DNA of 63,442 nucleotides, the filler included, from Lenisia limosa (Eukaryota > Protista > Breviatea): the NCBI GenBank assembly GCA_001655205.1. It is 17 parts of 17 records of this genome, joined end to end, with 100 filler letters (N's around TTAATTAATTAA, not from the genome) between each part and the next. Parts side by side here need not be neighbours in the genome. Positions count along the whole stretch, not along the records: positions 60,550 to 62,274 come from LPNZ01009968.1; positions 62,375 to 63,442 come from LPNZ01007093.1; 15 more parts are not named here. The stretch is one strand, 5' to 3'. Shown piece by piece: positions 60,726 through 63,442 of the stretch. A program made the position numbers and the translations under genes. The notes under the pieces were generated by a model, which saw nothing but the letters and a program-made list of their open reading frames with translations, searched no databases and was not told the origin of the DNA. How positions within the stretch are numbered: the stretch's first letter is position 1; each line of letters begins with the position of its first letter.

Positions 60726-62200
60726 GACGTTCAGTAATACCCGTGTCTGCTGTCAACGGATTTGTTGACCAGTTCTACAAGATCATGACTTACGAAATCT
60801 TCTCTGGTGCTTGTGCTAATGTGCGGGGGGGGGGGGGNNNNNNNNNNNNNNNNNNNNNNNNNNNNNNNNNNNNNNNNNNNNNNNNNNNNNNNNNNNNNNN
60901 NNNNNNNNNNNNNNNNNNNNNNNNNNNNNNNNNNNNNNNNNNNNNNNNNNNNNNNNNNNNNNNNNNNNNNNNNNNNNNNNNNNNNNNNNNNNNNNNNNNN
61001 NNNNNNNNNNNNNTTTCCGTTCGGACTCGGACTGCGGCTCCTGCGGTAACGCGTGCGAAACGGGTGGGTCGAAGTTAGGTCTCATAATTCAGGGTTTTTC
61101 TGACAAAATGAGTTTTAATACCTGCAATACCTGTTTTCCCAATTCCCAATGCAAGAGATCAGGAGTCCCAAATGCAATTTCCAATATTTTCCCTTATGAA
61201 TGCAGAGGACATTTGTCTGGATAGCGTCTGCAAGAACATTTACTGTGACCTTCTGGACCAGTGTGGAGCCGAGTGTGTCAACAAAACCACGTCAGCTGAC
61301 CATTGCGGCACGTGCTTTAACGCGTATGTTCAAGGGTATCTTTCATGTCGTTACCTCCAAACCACGTATTATTTTCCTGATGCAGTACTCATCATAAATC
61401 GATGGTGTTACGTACATATCTATACACATATGACACCGCCCTAGATGTGATGGCATGAGCTCGTGTGAAGATGGCGTCTGTATCACGGCCGAATGTGGCG
61501 CCACGTGCAGTACTTGCGCCGACCCCATTTCCACCCCGGATGTTTGTACCGACTGTATCGTAGGGGGTGCAGGGTGGGGGGTTGGTGTTGTGTCTTGGAG
61601 GAGGGGTATTGACATGCAGAGGTGAGAATTTGTGGTGTCAAATCTAGTGCTGTGCTTCATAAGTGAGCGATTGATTAAATAAAATTTTAACAATTTTTAG
61701 CTTATTTTATCTACCTCCTCCTGAGTAGGTATAAAATTAAATTTTTATTTAAACTAAAAAAATAAAAATCAATCGCGACCTTACCATAGTGTATTGTAAA
61801 CACGCCATTGATTTCTGCTTTATATTCCCCAGGACGGGCAGTTGATTTTGGGCTTTTTTTTGTTCATAAATGTTCCCATTTTACTCCCCAGGACGGGCGT
61901 ATGNNNNNNNNNNNNNNNNNNNNNNNNNNNNNNNNNNNNNNNNNNNNNNNNNNNNNNNNNNNNNNNNNNNNNNNNNNNNNNNNNNNNNNNNNNNNNNNNN
62001 NNNNNNNNNNNNNNNNNNNNNNNNNNNNNNNNNNNNNNNNNNNNNNNNNNNNNNNNNNNNNNNNNNNNNNNNNNNNNNNNNNNNNNNNNNNNNNNNNNNN
62101 NNNNNNNNNNNNNNNNNNNNNNNNNNNNNNCCTGTGATGAAACCTGCGACACCTGTGCGGACTCCTTTGACGCTCCCACCGTCTGCTCCACCTGCAAGGT
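60726..62200 (+). CDS. Cys-rich surface protein with Stig1-like and furin/VSP-like repeats, fragment
   Basis: DCGSCGNACET, CGAECVNKTTSADHCGTCFNA, CGATCSTCADPISTPDVCTDC, CDETCDTCADSFDAPTVCSTCK. Confidence 0.7.
61826..61898 (+). mobile_element. 5'-truncated family A copy flanked by 14-bp direct repeats
   Basis: tccccaggacgggc (61826-61839), then a 45-bp A 3' end (61840-61884), then tccccaggacgggc (61885-61898). Confidence 0.9.
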
Positions 62201-62436
62201 GGGACTTGTAAAAACATGGGGATGGAAGGATATGTTTTTCCAATCTAAGTGGTTTCTCTTCTCGCAAGCCCCCANNNNNNNNNNNNNNNNNNNNNNNNNN
62301 NNNNNNNNNNNNNNNNNNTTAATTAATTAANNNNNNNNNNNNNNNNNNNNNNNNNNNNNNNNNNNNNNNNNNNNGATGATGATGATGATGGTGATGATGA
62401 TGACGGTGATGATGGTGACGATGATATTGTTGTGAA

Positions 62437-63390
62437 TACTGACCCCCCACTCATGGACTCTCCAACAGCGAAAAAGAAGTTGCCGAGAGACTCGAGGGCG
62501 GTGAACTTGGACACGCCGTTGACTCGAGCCATTGTGTGTGACGGTTGCAGCATGTTGGTTTCGGCACTGGGGGGTGGAGTAAAACGAAGAAAATTTCAAT
62601 GAAGAATATTGGCGTAAAGGAGTTGTCACACTCGCCAAACAAGAGAATTCAGTAAAATTGGAAAATAAAAAAAAAGCCCAAAATCAACTCTGATGACTGA
62701 AAACACACGAGGATTGATAACATCAAAAGAAACAAAACCCAGGTAAGTCGCTTCTGCAGCACTGCATCCCATCACTCCATCCAGCGTACCAAGTTTATGG
62801 ATCATTAACACCCCAGAACACACAAAGCCCAGGAGCCTCCTCCCCCTCACTCGATCATATAGGACGCGATGACGGGTTCGCCGTTAACGACATTAGAACT
62901 TAATAGAACGTGGGGGGCCAGGAAGGTGATGTCCAGAGTCAGGTCACAGGTCTGCTTGATGCTGTGTTTGAGCTGAGGGGGGTTATACAAAAAAAAGTTG
63001 AATAATACAATACATTCCCCACTTCTCACCTCGCCAAAATAAAGGTTCAAATCGCCCTTCTTGGTAGCAGTCACAAGGTACATAGACTCGTCATTGCCAG
63101 CAATGCAGTGGATGTCGTCGTTAACTGTTTTTCGAGTTAGTTCACTGGGGAAATCCTGATTCAATTGGGTTTAATCTTGCCTACCAGAAGTGAATTGTGA
63201 GATGAGATGAAAAAATAATTACAATACCAAATAATCACATTTATAAAATAGTGTCTGATAGTTGATGGCATCCCCATATATTCTTTTGTCCGAATTTTCT
63301 CTATCAAAACCCAGGCCTACTAGCAGGGGGCTCAAGGGTGCTGATTTGGTTGAGGCTAGTGTTCTCAATGAAGTTTGCGCGGAGGCTGAG
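62437..63390 (-). CDS. Beta-propeller (WD40-like) protein fragment
   Basis: DFPSELTRKTVNDDIHCIAGNDESMYLVTATKKGDLNLYFGE-LKHSIKQTCDLTLDITFLAPHVLLSS..-AETNMLQPSHTMARVNGVSKFTALESLGNFFFAVGES. Phase-consistent exons. Confidence 0.55.
62567..62850 (-). mobile_element. Intron composed largely of a full family A copy (62651-62786) followed by a family B cassette (62567-62615)
   Basis: Minus strand: GTgagg..cgctggatggagtgatgggatgcagtgctgcagaagcg..attttccaattttact..acgccaatattcttcattgaaattttcttcgttttactccaccccccAG. Confidence 0.85.
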
Positions 63391-63442
63391 GTGTAAATAA
63401 AAAAATAAAAAAACCCAGAGGGGTGGGGACATGAATGTTGAG

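Noticed and set aside
3966-62330. Regularly recurring TTAATTAATTAA palindrome as a biological motif
   Set aside because: It is always embedded in N44 flanks, so it is a six-frame-stop concatenation spacer.
62375-62430. (GAT/GGT)n tract as a poly-Asp or poly-His coding region
   Set aside because: It follows a GT donor on the minus strand and behaves as an intronic microsatellite.
1-63442. Functional clustering of ThiI, PiT, HYDIN, lysozyme and others as an island or operon
   Set aside because: The genes sit on separate concatenated scaffolds, so their order carries no information.
1-63442. Autonomous transposase or reverse transcriptase driving families A-G
   Set aside because: No DDE or RT motifs were recognisable in any exon or ORF here, so the driver must lie elsewhere or be extinct.

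Overview
Intron-rich eukaryotic DNA from an unidentified protist. It is probably flagellated (HYDIN) and bacterivorous (secreted T4-type lysozyme). The window is not one locus. It is 17 small scaffolds joined by 16 artificial 100-bp spacers (N44-TTAATTAATTAA-N44), with many internal N gaps, so most genes are partial and adjacency across spacers is meaningless. The supplied ORF track mostly mistranslates exons and introns, so I rebuilt the genes by hand from GT..AG exons. Recognisable genes: a prokaryote-type tRNA 4-thiouridine synthase ThiI with many spliceosomal introns, a PiT/PHO4 transporter with amide substitutions at two normally acidic catalytic positions, HYDIN, a GH24 lysozyme, a RecQ helicase, ataxin-3, RPN10, a BAR-domain protein, two LRR proteins, CCT1, a CaMKK-like kinase with a long insert, GINS3, a CTC1-like multi-OB protein, two Cys-rich surface proteins and several hypotheticals. 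Introns are packed with at least seven short repeat families (my labels A-G). C, E, F and G are TIR-bearing MITEs, and D has no clear TIRs. The most unusual signal is family A (about 150 bp, no TIRs, often 5'-truncated, ending in TTTTACT plus a poly-C run) and the similar family B. Their C-run end sits at exon junctions: before the acceptor AG when sense, after the donor GT when antisense. One truncated A copy is flanked by an exact 14-bp duplication spanning the splice acceptor. No autonomous transposase or reverse transcriptase is visible. All homology calls come from motif recognition, not database searches, and coordinates of degenerate repeats are approximate.
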